The notes beneath the pieces were generated by a model. It was given only the letters and a program-made list of their open reading frames with translations. It did no database searches and was not told the origin of the DNA. DNA of 64,000 nucleotides from an uncultured Bacilli bacterium (GTDB taxonomy: Bacteria > Bacillota_I > Bacilli_A > RF39 > UBA660), in the NCBI GenBank assembly GCA_934167885.1, contig CAKPMB010000002.1, forward strand, positions 9,307 through 73,306, in the 5' to 3' direction. Positions 22,790-34,017 of the stretch are shown here, piece after piece; the first letter of the stretch is position 1, and each line of letters opens with the position of its first letter. The translations under genes were made by a program, and so were the position numbers.

Positions 22790-24594
22790 ATTGACCTCTT
22801 AAATAATTTTTCTAAATCATATTTTGAATAAGTGATAATCGTTGGTCTACCATGAGGACAAGTCCAAGGATTATCCATAGTAATTAACGTATTTAATAAA
22901 TATTCCATATCATCTTGGGTAAGGGCGTCATGCGCTTTAATACTCATTCTACAGGCCATTGTCATGGATAAACGTTCATTAAACTTACGAGCTGAAAAGT
23001 CCTCTGTATGAATAATAATATCAATTATCTTTCTAATTGCCTCATTTAAGTTATAATCTTTTAACCATGTTGGATGACTTCTAATAACCAACGTATTTAT
23101 TCCAAACTCTTCATATTTAAAATTAAGTCTATCTAATATATCAAAATGTTCTTTTAAAATAATATAATCGTTTGATGGCAATTCTATGGTAATAGGAATT
23201 AATAAATCAATAGTATTGGCACTATGATTAGTTAAAGCCTTATAACATTTTTCATAGTTAATACGTTCAGCTGCAGCATGTTGATCAATTATATACATAC
23301 CATCTTCATTTTCACCTATAATATATGTATTATAAACAACACCAACCGGATGAATGGGTTTTATGGCACGCACATTTTTATTAATAACCAAAACATCACC
23401 ATCTTGCTTAATGCCAATATCACTTTTTTTAACATCATTTAATTCTTCACGATTTTTCAAATATGTTTCATTTTCGTCATTAACCGAAAAAGCAAATTTT
23501 AATTCTTCCACATTTTTATCATTAGGACTTTCATAATAAACTTCTGGAACCTTTTTTGAAGAAATATCCTTAAGCACATTCTCAGTATTAATATCAATTT
23601 CTGGAATTAGTAACATATGTTGTAATTCTTTTTGAATAGTTGTAAAGATAAGATTTTTTAAATCATCTATTTTTGAGAATTTAACATCCATTTTGGTTGG
23701 ATGAATATTAACATCAATTAAATAAGGATCAGCGATAATATTTATAACAAAGACCGGGAAACGATCTTCTGGAATATATGTATGATATCCTTCACAAATA
23801 GTTTTAATAACTTCTTGATTTTTAACGACCCGATTATTTACTAAAATAGTTATACTGTTACGATTACTACGACTAACTTCGGGATATGACATATAACCTA
23901 CTATTTGAAAATCATCATTTTTTCCTTCAATTAAAACCATCTTTTTCGTCGTAGCAAGACCATATATGGCATTTATAACCTTTAATAAATTACCACTGCC
24001 ATCCGTATTAAGTAGTTCTTTTTCATTATTTACAAGAACAAATTTAATATTAGGATAAGATAGGGCCATTTTATTAACATAATCTGTAATGTTAGCAAGC
24101 TCTGTCCATAAACTTCTTAAATATTTAAGTCGCACGGGTGTATTATAAAACAAATTGCTCACAGTTATGGATGTTCCCTTACGAATAGGTGAATCTCCTA
24201 CTTGTAAAAGTTTTCCGCCATTTATTAAAACTTCCGTTCCTACTTCGCCATTACTAGTTTGAAGCAAAACTTTAGAAACACTGGCAATGGATGGTAACGC
24301 TTCCCCACGAAAACCAAGAGACGAAATATTAAATAAATCATTTAAACTATGAAGTTTAGATGTAGCATGTCTTGAAAAACAAAGCGTCGCATCTTCTCTA
24401 TCCATACCAACACCATCATCAACAACTTTTATTTCTTTAACACCACTATCAATCAAACTAATTTTAATAATTGTCGCTTGGGCATCAATTGAATTTTCAA
24501 CCAATTCCTTAACAACATTCATTGTCTTTTCAACAACTTCACCAGCGGCAATCTTATTCGCTAAATCCTCACTCATTATATTAATTTTACTCAT
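22786..24594 (-). CDS. mutL: DNA mismatch repair protein MutL
   Basis: GHKL ATPase motifs (ELVENSIDA, DDGVGMD, GFRGEAL) and C-terminal dimerisation region (DQHAA.ER, ...CPHGRP). Confidence 0.9.
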   Translation of the reverse strand: MSKINIMSEDLANKIAAGEVVEKTMNVVKELVENSIDAQATIIKISLIDSGVKEIKVVDDGVGMDREDATLCFSRHATSKLHSLNDLFNISSLGFRGEALPSIASVSKVLLQTSNGEVGTEVLINGGKLLQVGDSPIRKGTSITVSNLFYNTPVRLKYLRSLWTELANITDYVNKMALSYPNIKFVLVNNEKELLNTDGSGNLLKVINAIYGLATTKKMVLIEGKNDDFQIVGYMSYPEVSRSNRNSITILVNNRVVKNQEVIKTICEGYHTYIPEDRFPVFVINIIADPYLIDVNIHPTKMDVKFSKIDDLKNLIFTTIQKELQHMLLIPEIDINTENVLKDISSKKVPEVYYESPNDKNVEELKFAFSVNDENETYLKNREELNDVKKSDIGIKQDGDVLVINKNVRAIKPIHPVGVVYNTYIIGENEDGMYIIDQHAAAERINYEKCYKALTNHSANTIDLLIPITIELPSNDYIILKEHFDILDRLNFKYEEFGINTLVIRSHPTWLKDYNLNEAIRKIIDIIIHTEDFSARKFNERLSMTMACRMSIKAHDALTQDDMEYLLNTLITMDNPWTCPHGRPTIITYSKYDLEKLFKRSI

Positions 24595-24642
24595 ACAGCA
24601 CCTTCTTCTAGTAACAATAGTATATCAAGAAAATAATAATTT

Positions 24643-26184
24643 TTAAATAATTAGTTTTAGTGTTTTAACACTTAAATTTTCCAAATAATTCTTTAAATAT
24701 AAATACATTTTTACATATCTTTCATCATAATTTAAAGAGTTACTGAAAATGAGCTTATTATCCTTTAATATTAAATAAAAATACTTACAATAACATATAC
24801 TATCTATATTACTAACATCCGTAAAAGTTCTATTACTTTCATAATCAATGCCTTTAATAATATTTAATGTATCACTGTCTAATTCATCTTTAAGCTTCCA
24901 TTTAATTGTATCTAGAGGATCTTGGAAAGATACAGAGGGATTTTTTACATATATGTCACGCAAAGCAAAGTTTGGATCTTTATATATTATTTCAACACTT
25001 AAATGATAGATATCGGTATATTGATAGGTATCGTCATCACGCTCATATATTGTTGGTGTTTTTATATCATTAGGCCACAATGTTGTCTTTGGTTTTAGAA
25101 TTGAATCTCTTCCAATAACCACCACTTTTAGTGGTTCACTACTTTCATTACAAGTTTTAATAATATTCCAAATAGCTGCATTAAAAGCTCTAATAATCTT
25201 GTCTTGATAATCCGAATATTTAGTTTTATCATATTCTATACTATTAACAATTAAAACATTACCATTTCTTTTTAAGGATGCGAACGCTAAAACCTTCTTT
25301 CCTTCACGAATTAATAAAATACGTCCATTACGACATAAGGATGCATATAATAAGTGTTCATGTGCAATATATAAAGTCCTAAAGCAACAAGATGTTTGAT
25401 AGCCAAGGGTAAAAAAGATTGGATCATCTAATTTCATCATCTCATATGATAAATTATCAACCAATCCACAAACATAGGGGATACTTGCCTCAACTCTTCT
25501 TTGCATTTTAGTATATATTAAACAAACTTCCTTTAAAATTTGCTTAGCATCATAAATAGTATTATTTCCTAAAATAATATCTTTTAAGATTTCATCATCA
25601 TATAATCTATAACAATTAGGAGGAATAAGCTCCTTACGAAAATCGTTTTTTAATCCATCAAGAACCTTTATAATTTGTTTCATTGAAACATGCTTAGAAC
25701 TAGCATTTAATTCTTTAAAATGATTATAAACATAATCAAAATTTTTATATAATAAACCATTTTTATCATTTAACATATCAATAAAATGATTTTTAGAAGG
25801 TCTTTCAAACATAAAATTTATAAAACGACGATTGATATTAGGAAGATATTTACTTCCTTCTTGAATAAAATCAATATCTGTAACATCAATATTTTCTATT
25901 CTTTCTAAAAATACTCTACCAATTAAACCAAATGAACCTTTTAATATATTAAGCGACCGCTCATAGCCAAAAACGAAGTATAATTTAATACTTATAAGGT
26001 AGCATAAGATATCGTTATCTATATATAACTTTGTTAATTTAAAAATATTATTTATATGGTGAACATTTATTTTAGCAATTTGATAGGCACTAAGACCTGA
26101 TATTAAACTACTATCATCGATTAAAATATTAAATTTTTCATAAAATAATTTAGTTATATCATTTTGTTGCATATAATTCCTCAA
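24643..26184 (-). CDS. hypothetical protein (513 aa), no recognisable domain
   Basis: Long ORF with coding-like composition; sits where mutS would normally precede mutL, but is not MutS-like. Confidence 0.4.
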   Translation of the reverse strand: MRNYMQQNDITKLFYEKFNILIDDSSLISGLSAYQIAKINVHHINNIFKLTKLYIDNDILCYLISIKLYFVFGYERSLNILKGSFGLIGRVFLERIENIDVTDIDFIQEGSKYLPNINRRFINFMFERPSKNHFIDMLNDKNGLLYKNFDYVYNHFKELNASSKHVSMKQIIKVLDGLKNDFRKELIPPNCYRLYDDEILKDIILGNNTIYDAKQILKEVCLIYTKMQRRVEASIPYVCGLVDNLSYEMMKLDDPIFFTLGYQTSCCFRTLYIAHEHLLYASLCRNGRILLIREGKKVLAFASLKRNGNVLIVNSIEYDKTKYSDYQDKIIRAFNAAIWNIIKTCNESSEPLKVVVIGRDSILKPKTTLWPNDIKTPTIYERDDDTYQYTDIYHLSVEIIYKDPNFALRDIYVKNPSVSFQDPLDTIKWKLKDELDSDTLNIIKGIDYESNRTFTDVSNIDSICYCKYFYLILKDNKLIFSNSLNYDERYVKMYLYLKNYLENLSVKTLKLII

Positions 26185-26220
26185 ATGTGTTTATTATAAC
26201 ATCAATTTATCTTTAAATAT

Positions 26221-26247
26221 GAAAAAAAGTAACAATTATGTTACTTT
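26221..26247 (-). terminator. rho-independent terminator after gmk (aaagtaac/gttacttt hairpin plus T7 on minus strand)
   Basis: 8-bp perfect stem overlapping the gmk stop codon, followed by an A7 run on the plus strand (T7 on minus). Confidence 0.5.
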
Positions 26248-26807
26248 GTCATTATATTGTATAATTTTTTACAAGCCTCATCACTTTTGCCATTTTCATT
26301 AACTATTACATAATCATATAAATCTTTGGTTAATAGTTCTGCTTGGGCTGTTTGTAAACGTTTTTGGATGGCTTCTTCGGTCTCAGTTTTGCGATCACGT
26401 AAACGACGTTCAAGATCTTCAATAGTTGGTGGCATAATGAAGACACCAATGCAGTCTTTATAATTTTGACATACTTGTTTATAACCATTAACATCAATTT
26501 CTAGGATAACATCATAACCTTTTTGTAAATAATCAATAACCTTGTCTTTAGGTGTTCCATAATATTTGCCAGTTCCATATTGATTATATTCTAAGAAGTC
26601 ATTGTGCTTTATTTTGTTATTAAATTCTTCTTCACTAATAAAGTAATAGTGAACACCCTCTCTTTCACCTTCACGTGGTGCACGGGTTGTGCATGATACT
26701 GATAAATATAACTTTCTTCTTTCTTCTTGATATTTTTCTTGTAATAACTTAACAACTGTTCCTTTTCCAACACCGCTTGGTCCTGAAATAACAACTAATT
26801 TACTCAT
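26241..26807 (-). CDS. gmk: guanylate kinase
   Basis: ISGPSGVGKGTV P-loop, SVSCTTRAPREGEREGVHYYF; 188 aa. Confidence 0.9.
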   Translation of the reverse strand: MSKLVVISGPSGVGKGTVVKLLQEKYQEERRKLYLSVSCTTRAPREGEREGVHYYFISEEEFNNKIKHNDFLEYNQYGTGKYYGTPKDKVIDYLQKGYDVILEIDVNGYKQVCQNYKDCIGVFIMPPTIEDLERRLRDRKTETEEAIQKRLQTAQAELLTKDLYDYVIVNENGKSDEACKKLYNIMTK

Positions 26808-26815
26808 ATCTCTCC

Positions 26816-27061
26816 TTATTTTAATTTGACAATGGTGCAGCCTGCATTAAAATAATCTATCTTATATTCTAAAACGCGTTTATCATTTTTTAAAACATCA
26901 TAAACGACTTTTTTCAAAACTCCACCACTTATTCCGTGAACAATACAAATGTATTGCTTATGTAGACTTATATTATCATTTAGGAATTCTTCTGTCAACA
27001 CTTTGGCTGATCCAGAATATTCGCCATGCAAATCTAGTGTTGGATATCTATCTTGCATCAT
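26816..27061 (-). CDS. Smr-domain protein
   Basis: LDLHGEYSGSA...ICIVHGISGGVLKKVV pattern of Smr / MutS2 C-terminal nuclease-like domains; 81 aa. Confidence 0.55.
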   Translation of the reverse strand: MMQDRYPTLDLHGEYSGSAKVLTEEFLNDNISLHKQYICIVHGISGGVLKKVVYDVLKNDKRVLEYKIDYFNAGCTIVKLK

Positions 27062-27944
27062 AATTTATAACTTCCCCTAAAGATGGCATACTATTTTTAC
27101 TTCCTATTTTGGTTGTTGACAGAGCCCCAGCGATATTTGATAAGCGCATAACATCATAAAGAGGCATATGCTGACTTAGAAAATAAGCAAACGCTCCATG
27201 ATATATATCACCAGCCCCAGTTGTATCAAAAGTTTTAACACTAATACTTGGCACTAATCTATATTCACCATCAATCAAGCTAAAAGATCCAAATTCTTCT
27301 AGTGTTATAACGACATTTGTTTTAAAATCATTTACCAATTTAGCATGCACTTTTTTTAACTTTTCAAGATCATTATGTTTAAAAGCTATATGGGTATAAT
27401 CTCTAGCGAAATCATAAGAACAAACAACATAATTAACATAACGACATAACTTCACAACGCCTCCCAATATTTTAGAAGCATCTAAAATACTAATAGCTTG
27501 TGGATTGTTTAAAATAGTTTTTAAAACAACTTCATCGTCATTTCCATCACTTATAATGATATCAGGCTTTATATGGGATATATCACCATTAAATTTCATC
27601 AATGGATCTTTATTAGTTATGATGGTTCTTGTTCCTTTACTAAGATTGGCAATAATATAACTTGTTGTTGTTTCAATTCCTTCTAGTTCTATTAAATTAT
27701 CCGTATTAACATTAACACTTTCAAGTTCCTTCTTTAGACGATGTCCATAAATATCTTGGCCAACAGATGTTATAAAATGCACATCACATCCCCATTTACC
27801 AAGCAAATAAGCGCAATTATTAGCTGATCCCCCACCACATTCAACTTTGGTATTACCAATTTTTATTTTATGATTCTCAATGGGATAATTACTAACTGGT
27901 AGTGTTATATCATAAGCTGATTGACCAATACATAAAAACTTCAT
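27048..27944 (-). CDS. PfkB-family carbohydrate / nucleoside kinase (ribokinase-like)
   Basis: N-terminal GG motif (ECGGGSANN) and C-terminal DTTGAGDIYHGAF anion-hole motif. Confidence 0.7.
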   Translation of the reverse strand: MKFLCIGQSAYDITLPVSNYPIENHKIKIGNTKVECGGGSANNCAYLLGKWGCDVHFITSVGQDIYGHRLKKELESVNVNTDNLIELEGIETTTSYIIANLSKGTRTIITNKDPLMKFNGDISHIKPDIIISDGNDDEVVLKTILNNPQAISILDASKILGGVVKLCRYVNYVVCSYDFARDYTHIAFKHNDLEKLKKVHAKLVNDFKTNVVITLEEFGSFSLIDGEYRLVPSISVKTFDTTGAGDIYHGAFAYFLSQHMPLYDVMRLSNIAGALSTTKIGSKNSMPSLGEVINYDAR

Positions 27945-27948
27945 TCGA

Positions 27949-28383
27949 TCACCTCTCTAAAAGAATCGTTATAGGCCCATCATTTACAAGACTGACTTGC
28001 ATTGATTCACCAAAAATACCTTCTTCGACCTTTAAAAATTGTCGCATTTTTTGATTAAATTCTTTATATAACTCAATTGCATCATGAGGATTTAAGGCAT
28101 TAATATAACTTGGACGATTGCCTTTTTTAGTATCGGCATAAAGGGTAAATTGGGAAATTGATAAAACTTCACCATGAACATCTAAAATATTCTTATTCAT
28201 TACACCATTTTCATCATCCATAATTCTTAAATTAATTATTTTCTTAACCATATCATCAATATTCTTACTTGTATCGCCATTTGTAAAACTAACTAACAGC
28301 ATATAACCATAATTAATCTTCCCAACGATTTTTTCTGAAACCTTAACACTTGCTTCACTCACTCTTTGAACTACTACTCTCAT
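27949..28383 (-). CDS. dtd: D-aminoacyl-tRNA deacylase
   Basis: MRVVVQRVSEASVKV start and C-terminal SLVNDGPITILLE; 144 aa. Confidence 0.85.
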   Translation of the reverse strand: MRVVVQRVSEASVKVSEKIVGKINYGYMLLVSFTNGDTSKNIDDMVKKIINLRIMDDENGVMNKNILDVHGEVLSISQFTLYADTKKGNRPSYINALNPHDAIELYKEFNQKMRQFLKVEEGIFGESMQVSLVNDGPITILLER

Positions 28384-30493
28384 ACTCTCTATCTACACTT
28401 TCTACATAACGAAGTTTTGCAATATCATTTATTAATTTATTTAAAGATGCTAAATCTTGAATATAAATATTTATTTTATAATTTAAGCGATTATCCTTAT
28501 ACATTGTATTAACACTATCAACTAAAATATTATGTCCTGATATCTTATTTAAAATATCGCCTATTCTACTTTGACTATTTTTAAGACGAACAATAATACA
28601 TGTCAAATATTTATTCTTAGTTATAGCATTAAAACGAACATCTATTAGACGATCATCTAAATGAATCAGATTATGACATTTATCACGATGGATGGTAATA
28701 CCATTATTCTTAGTAATAAAACCAACAATATCATCTCCAGGGATAGGTTTACAGCAAGATGCTATATGAACATGCACATCACTTAAGCCTGAAACATTAA
28801 TATCTAATTCATTCTTATTAATAACACTTATTCCATTTTCTTTATTCTCTTCTGGTTCTTTATACAAGACATTAATTACAAAACGGGGATTATATTTATT
28901 ACTACCAATATTTATATAGACACTTTCCAAATCTTTAAGTTTTAATTCTTTTAATAATTTTTTAACGGATTTATCACTATAAAATTCTAAAAATGGTATT
29001 TTACGTTTACGAAGTTCTTTATCTAATAAATCTTTACCTAAATTAATTAATTCTTCTTTTCTATTTTTAGCAAAAAAGGCTTTTATCTTATTTTTAGTTT
29101 GTGTTAATTTAACAAATTCAAGCCACCCCATACTAGGACCAGGACTTGATTTACTGGTATTTATTTTTACAACATCATTATCTTGTAAAATATAATTTAG
29201 TGGAACAATGGAATTATTGACCATGGCTCCAATCATAGAATCACCTATTTTAGAATGAACACGGTAGGCAAAATCAACAGGTGTGCTACCACTTGGAAAC
29301 TCAAAAACGTCACCTTTAGGTGAGAAGACATAAATATTGTCTTCACCATTATCTTCGGTTATGGTGTTATAAAATACTTCATCATTAACCTCATTTTGAT
29401 TCATATCAATAACAGCTTTAAAGAAACCTAATTTTAAATCCGTGCTTGATAAATTATAAGCACCGCGATTTTCTTTATAAGACCAATGAGCTGCTAGACC
29501 ATTCTCAGCCACTTCATTCATCGCAAAAGTTCTAATTTGAATCTCAAAAAGTGCATTATTAGCTCCAAAAACAGTTGTATGAAGTGATTGATAGCCATTG
29601 CTTTTAGGCATAGCGATAAAGTCTTTAAAACGTTTAGCAATTGGTTTAAACTTAGAGTGAATAAGTCCTAAAACCAAATAACACTCAGACTCCGTATTAA
29701 CTAAAACTCTAATTGCTAATAAGTCATATATATCACTAAATTTTCTTCCCTTATCTAGTTTATTATAAATACTATAAATACTTTTACTACGTCCCTTTAT
29801 TTCAAAATTTATATTATGATCAGTTAAAATATTCGATACTTCATCCATCATTTCATCAATAATGTTATCGCGATCTTGCTTAGTAGAATTTAATTTTTCA
29901 ACAATATCATAATATACTTGTGGTTTCAAATAACGAAGTGATAAGTCTTCAAGTTCACTTTTAAGTTTATATATTCCTAAGTGATGAGCAAGCGGTGCAA
30001 AGATTTCAAGCGTCTCTTTAGATACCTTTTTTTGTTTATCTTCCGCTAGCTCCGATAATCCTCTCATAATATTAACCCGTTCTGCTAAAGCCACAATTAT
30101 TACCCTAACATCTTCACTCATACCAACAATTACTTTTTTATAATACTCAACTAAGTAATCACTATCCGTTGATAAAGTAATACGATTAAGTTTATAAACA
30201 CCATAAGCAAGTTTTACTAAAGATGCATCAAAATGTTCTTCTAATTCACTACGTTTTACCTTTTCGTTTACAAATAATCGATATAAAAAGCAACACGCAA
30301 TCGTTTCCGGATCAGCATAAACTGTTGTTAGAATATAAGATATATTTAAAACATCCTTTCTATCATTTTCTGATAAATATTCCAAACTATAGTCATAAGT
30401 TTTTCTAATTAACGAAATATCTTTATTAGGTAAATAACCTTTAACAATCTCTTCGATTTCTAAAATAGTCCAATCATTTTTTACTTTTGTCAT
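28355..30493 (-). CDS. relA: bifunctional (p)ppGpp synthetase/hydrolase RelA/SpoT
   Basis: HD domain, synthetase region (GRSKSIYSIYNKL, SLHTTV), TGS and ACT-like C-terminus; 712 aa. Confidence 0.9.
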   Translation of the reverse strand: MTKVKNDWTILEIEEIVKGYLPNKDISLIRKTYDYSLEYLSENDRKDVLNISYILTTVYADPETIACCFLYRLFVNEKVKRSELEEHFDASLVKLAYGVYKLNRITLSTDSDYLVEYYKKVIVGMSEDVRVIIVALAERVNIMRGLSELAEDKQKKVSKETLEIFAPLAHHLGIYKLKSELEDLSLRYLKPQVYYDIVEKLNSTKQDRDNIIDEMMDEVSNILTDHNINFEIKGRSKSIYSIYNKLDKGRKFSDIYDLLAIRVLVNTESECYLVLGLIHSKFKPIAKRFKDFIAMPKSNGYQSLHTTVFGANNALFEIQIRTFAMNEVAENGLAAHWSYKENRGAYNLSSTDLKLGFFKAVIDMNQNEVNDEVFYNTITEDNGEDNIYVFSPKGDVFEFPSGSTPVDFAYRVHSKIGDSMIGAMVNNSIVPLNYILQDNDVVKINTSKSSPGPSMGWLEFVKLTQTKNKIKAFFAKNRKEELINLGKDLLDKELRKRKIPFLEFYSDKSVKKLLKELKLKDLESVYINIGSNKYNPRFVINVLYKEPEENKENGISVINKNELDINVSGLSDVHVHIASCCKPIPGDDIVGFITKNNGITIHRDKCHNLIHLDDRLIDVRFNAITKNKYLTCIIVRLKNSQSRIGDILNKISGHNILVDSVNTMYKDNRLNYKINIYIQDLASLNKLINDIAKLRYVESVDREYESSSSKSE

Positions 30494-30563
30494 ATATCAC
30501 CATTCATAACCATTATATAATAAATAGCATTTATTTTAAACATTAAAAAAAGTTAATTTGACA

Positions 30564-30610
30564 ATTAAACTACGAAAAAAAGCTATAGAACTTTTAATTC
30601 TATAACTTAA
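30564..30610 (-). terminator. terminator-like hairpin after the PFOR gene (agctatagaa/ttctataact with one mismatch, T7 on minus strand)
   Basis: The inverted repeat overlaps the PFOR stop codon; an A7 run on the plus strand precedes it. Confidence 0.4.
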
Positions 30611-33600
30611 TTATTTTGGCTATCATTTTCTAAATTATTAAAATATTCATATCTTAAAATAGCATTATCCCTATTTTTATCAAGTAATTCTTTATACATA
30701 TCAGGATTAATCTTTTCAAGGGTTCTGTATCTATCCTCATTACTTATAAATTCATCATACTTACTAAAATCAGCTTTTGAATCCATAACAAATTTTTTTG
30801 TTTCTGGATTATATCTAAATAATGGAAAATAGCCAGTTTGAGTTGCTAACTTTTCTTCCTCAATACTATTTCCTTTAATAATACCATGAGCAATACAAGG
30901 AGCATAAGCTATAATAATACTTGGTCCATCATATTCAACAGCTTCCCTCATAGCTTTGATTGTTTGATTCATATTAGCACCTAAACTAATAGTTGCAACA
31001 TACACATCTTTATAAGTTAAAGCTATCTTTGTTAAATCTTTTTTATTAACTTTCTTACCAGATGATGCAAACTTGGCAATACTACCAATTTGCGTTGATT
31101 TACTAGCTTGACCACCCGTATTAGAATATACTTCGGTATCTAAAACTAAAATATTAACATTTGCACCGCTTGCTAGAACATGATCTATTCCTGAGAAACC
31201 AATATCATATGCCCAACCATCGCCACCAACAATAAAGAAGGTTTTCTTTTTAATAAAGTTGCGTAGTTCGTATAGACCTTCTATTTTATTATCGACAACG
31301 TAATCATATAAAGTCTCACTATTTTCTTTATTTAAATCTGCACAATAATTTTCATAAATTTCAATTTCATCATCCGATGCATCTTTTAATTTATTTTTGA
31401 TAAGAGCCTTAATACGTTCTTTAATTGTGTTATCAGCTACAAACATTCCCATACCAAATTCAGCATTATCTTCAAATAAACTATTAGCCCATGGAGACGA
31501 ATAAGCCATAGATGGGAAAGATGAGGAATAAATAGATGAACAGCCAGTAGCATTAGCAATGATAAGACTATCCCCAAACAATTGTGTCATTAATTTAAGA
31601 TATGGTGTTTCCCCACAACCAGCACAAGCGCCAGGGAATTTAATTTTAGGTTCAATAAATTGACTACCCTTTAAAGTCCAACGACTATATAATTTTTTAT
31701 CTTTAACATTATTTAGAAGATAATCATTTAATTCAACCATGCCACGTTTTTTTAACTCTTCAATACTCATCATTCTAATAGCTTTTTCACCATTTTTAGA
31801 TGGACAAACACTCTCGCACAAACCACATCCTGTGCAATCGGCAATAGATACCGCTAAAACATATTTATAATCAGTATCCTTATATTTAAAGTCAAGAGAT
31901 GCTTCTTTTACGACACTTGGTGCTTCATTCCATTCATCAATTGATAAAATATATGGTCTAATAACCGAATGTGGACAAACAAACGAACACAAGTTACACA
32001 TTAAACAATTTTCTTTATTACAGAAAGGTGCCCGCATACTTGCAAACCGTTTTTCTCTGCTAGTAGTTGCTGGTGGACATACTCCATTTGCCATATCTTT
32101 AAAACTACTTACTGGTAATTCATTGCCTCTTAGAGCATTCACCATTTCAAGCATTGAAAGTTTTTCTTCTTCCTCTTCTAAAAATATTTCATTTGGAATA
32201 GAAACTTTCTCTATTCTATCTAAAACATTAGCAATCGCTACTAAATTCTTTTCAAGAACATTGCCACCTTTATTTTGAAATTTTAAAGTTAAACTCTTCT
32301 TAATTTCTTCTTTAGCATAATCAAAATCAATTATCTTGCATATTTTAAAAATACATGTTTCCAAAATAGAACTAATTTTATTATTTAAGCCAACATCCAT
32401 AGCAATACCATTCGCATCAATTATATAAAAATTAATATTACGTGATCTTAAAATATTTTTTTCATGATTACTTAAAAGATTAAGCACTTCATTTTTAGAT
32501 GCCGTTGTATTTAGAATAAAGGTGCCATTTTCTTTGATACCTTCAATAATATCATATTTACCAAGATAGCTTTCTTTACTTAAAACAACTGTATTAGGAT
32601 TAGTTACATAATATGCTTCTCTAATAGGTTTACTACCAAATCTTAAATGACATCTGGTAACCCCACCTGATTTTTTAGAATCATATTCAAAATATCCTTG
32701 AACAAAAGCATTTGAACCAGTGCCGGTTATTTTCATAATATCTTTAGAAGCTGATACCATACCATCGCTACCATAACCAAAAATTAACATTTCATAATTA
32801 GGACTTGGAATTTTAAAATCTGGTGTTTTAAGTGATAAATGTGTAACATCGTCATTAATTGAGATCGTAAAACCATTTATTTTTTTGTTTGAAGATAGCA
32901 TGTCATAAACCGCTTTAATATCACATGGTTTGGTATCTTTACTTGATAATCCATAGCGACCACCATAAACATTAATATCTAAGCATTGTTCTTTAATGGA
33001 TGCACAAACATCTAAATAAAGTGGAGCATTCGCACCAAATTCTTTCGTTCTATCTAAAACCGCGATATCGGTAACAGTTTTAGGAAGTGATGATAGGAAA
33101 TATTTAGTAGAAAATGGTCTATATAAATGAACTTCTACTAAGCCATAATCACCCGATAAATTATCAATAGTCTCTTTAATAGTTTCACAAACTGATCCCA
33201 TAGCCACAATAACTTTCGTAGCTTTATTACTACCATAATAATTAAATGGTTTATAATTCATACCAGTTATTTTATTAATATCTTCCATATAAGAATTAAC
33301 AATATCAGGTAATTTATCATAATATTCATTTCGTGCTTCGGTATTTTGAAAATAAACATCATCCATCTGGCTACTTCCAAAGGTTTTAGGATTATCAAGG
33401 GATAAAGCTCTTAGACGAAATTCATCGATAGCCTCATAATCAATTAGCGTTTTAACTTTTTCTAAGTCAATAACTTTAATCTTATCAAGTTCATGTGATG
33501 TTCTAAAACCATCAAAAGCATTAATGAAAGGCACACGACCCTTGATAGCTGATAAATGCGCCACACTTGTTAAATCCATAATATCTTGTACACTACTATT

Positions 33601-34017
33601 AACAAGTATAGCGAAACCGGTAGCGCGGGATGCATAAATATCTTGATGATCCCCCATAATTGAAAGAGCATGCGTTGCTAAACTACGACTAGCAACATTA
33701 ATAACAAGAGGCAATTGTTCCCCCGCAATCTTATACATATTAGGTATCATCAATAATAACCCTTGAGATGCTGTATAAGTTGTTGTTAAAGCTCCCATAA
33801 GCAAACTACCATGAATCATACCAGCCGCTCCGGCTTCACTCTGCATCTCAATAACTGATACTTTATCACCAAAGAAATTCAATCTTCCCTTGCTTGCGTC
33901 CTTATCAACATTCTCTGCCATAGGACTTGCAGGCGTAATCGGATATATGCCAGCTACTTCTGTAAAATTATATGAAACATAACTACATGCTTCATTTCCA
34001 TCCATTATTTTATACAT
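30607..34017 (-). CDS. nifJ: pyruvate:ferredoxin (flavodoxin) oxidoreductase
   Basis: MYKIMDGNEA...GIYPITPASPMAE start, two ferredoxin-like CxxCxxCxxxCP motifs (CNLCSFVCP, CTGCGLCESVCP), TPP-binding GGDGWAYDIG; 1136 aa. Confidence 0.92.
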   Translation of the reverse strand: MYKIMDGNEACSYVSYNFTEVAGIYPITPASPMAENVDKDASKGRLNFFGDKVSVIEMQSEAGAAGMIHGSLLMGALTTTYTASQGLLLMIPNMYKIAGEQLPLVINVASRSLATHALSIMGDHQDIYASRATGFAILVNSSVQDIMDLTSVAHLSAIKGRVPFINAFDGFRTSHELDKIKVIDLEKVKTLIDYEAIDEFRLRALSLDNPKTFGSSQMDDVYFQNTEARNEYYDKLPDIVNSYMEDINKITGMNYKPFNYYGSNKATKVIVAMGSVCETIKETIDNLSGDYGLVEVHLYRPFSTKYFLSSLPKTVTDIAVLDRTKEFGANAPLYLDVCASIKEQCLDINVYGGRYGLSSKDTKPCDIKAVYDMLSSNKKINGFTISINDDVTHLSLKTPDFKIPSPNYEMLIFGYGSDGMVSASKDIMKITGTGSNAFVQGYFEYDSKKSGGVTRCHLRFGSKPIREAYYVTNPNTVVLSKESYLGKYDIIEGIKENGTFILNTTASKNEVLNLLSNHEKNILRSRNINFYIIDANGIAMDVGLNNKISSILETCIFKICKIIDFDYAKEEIKKSLTLKFQNKGGNVLEKNLVAIANVLDRIEKVSIPNEIFLEEEEEKLSMLEMVNALRGNELPVSSFKDMANGVCPPATTSREKRFASMRAPFCNKENCLMCNLCSFVCPHSVIRPYILSIDEWNEAPSVVKEASLDFKYKDTDYKYVLAVSIADCTGCGLCESVCPSKNGEKAIRMMSIEELKKRGMVELNDYLLNNVKDKKLYSRWTLKGSQFIEPKIKFPGACAGCGETPYLKLMTQLFGDSLIIANATGCSSIYSSSFPSMAYSSPWANSLFEDNAEFGMGMFVADNTIKERIKALIKNKLKDASDDEIEIYENYCADLNKENSETLYDYVVDNKIEGLYELRNFIKKKTFFIVGGDGWAYDIGFSGIDHVLASGANVNILVLDTEVYSNTGGQASKSTQIGSIAKFASSGKKVNKKDLTKIALTYKDVYVATISLGANMNQTIKAMREAVEYDGPSIIIAYAPCIAHGIIKGNSIEEEKLATQTGYFPLFRYNPETKKFVMDSKADFSKYDEFISNEDRYRTLEKINPDMYKELLDKNRDNAILRYEYFNNLENDSQNN

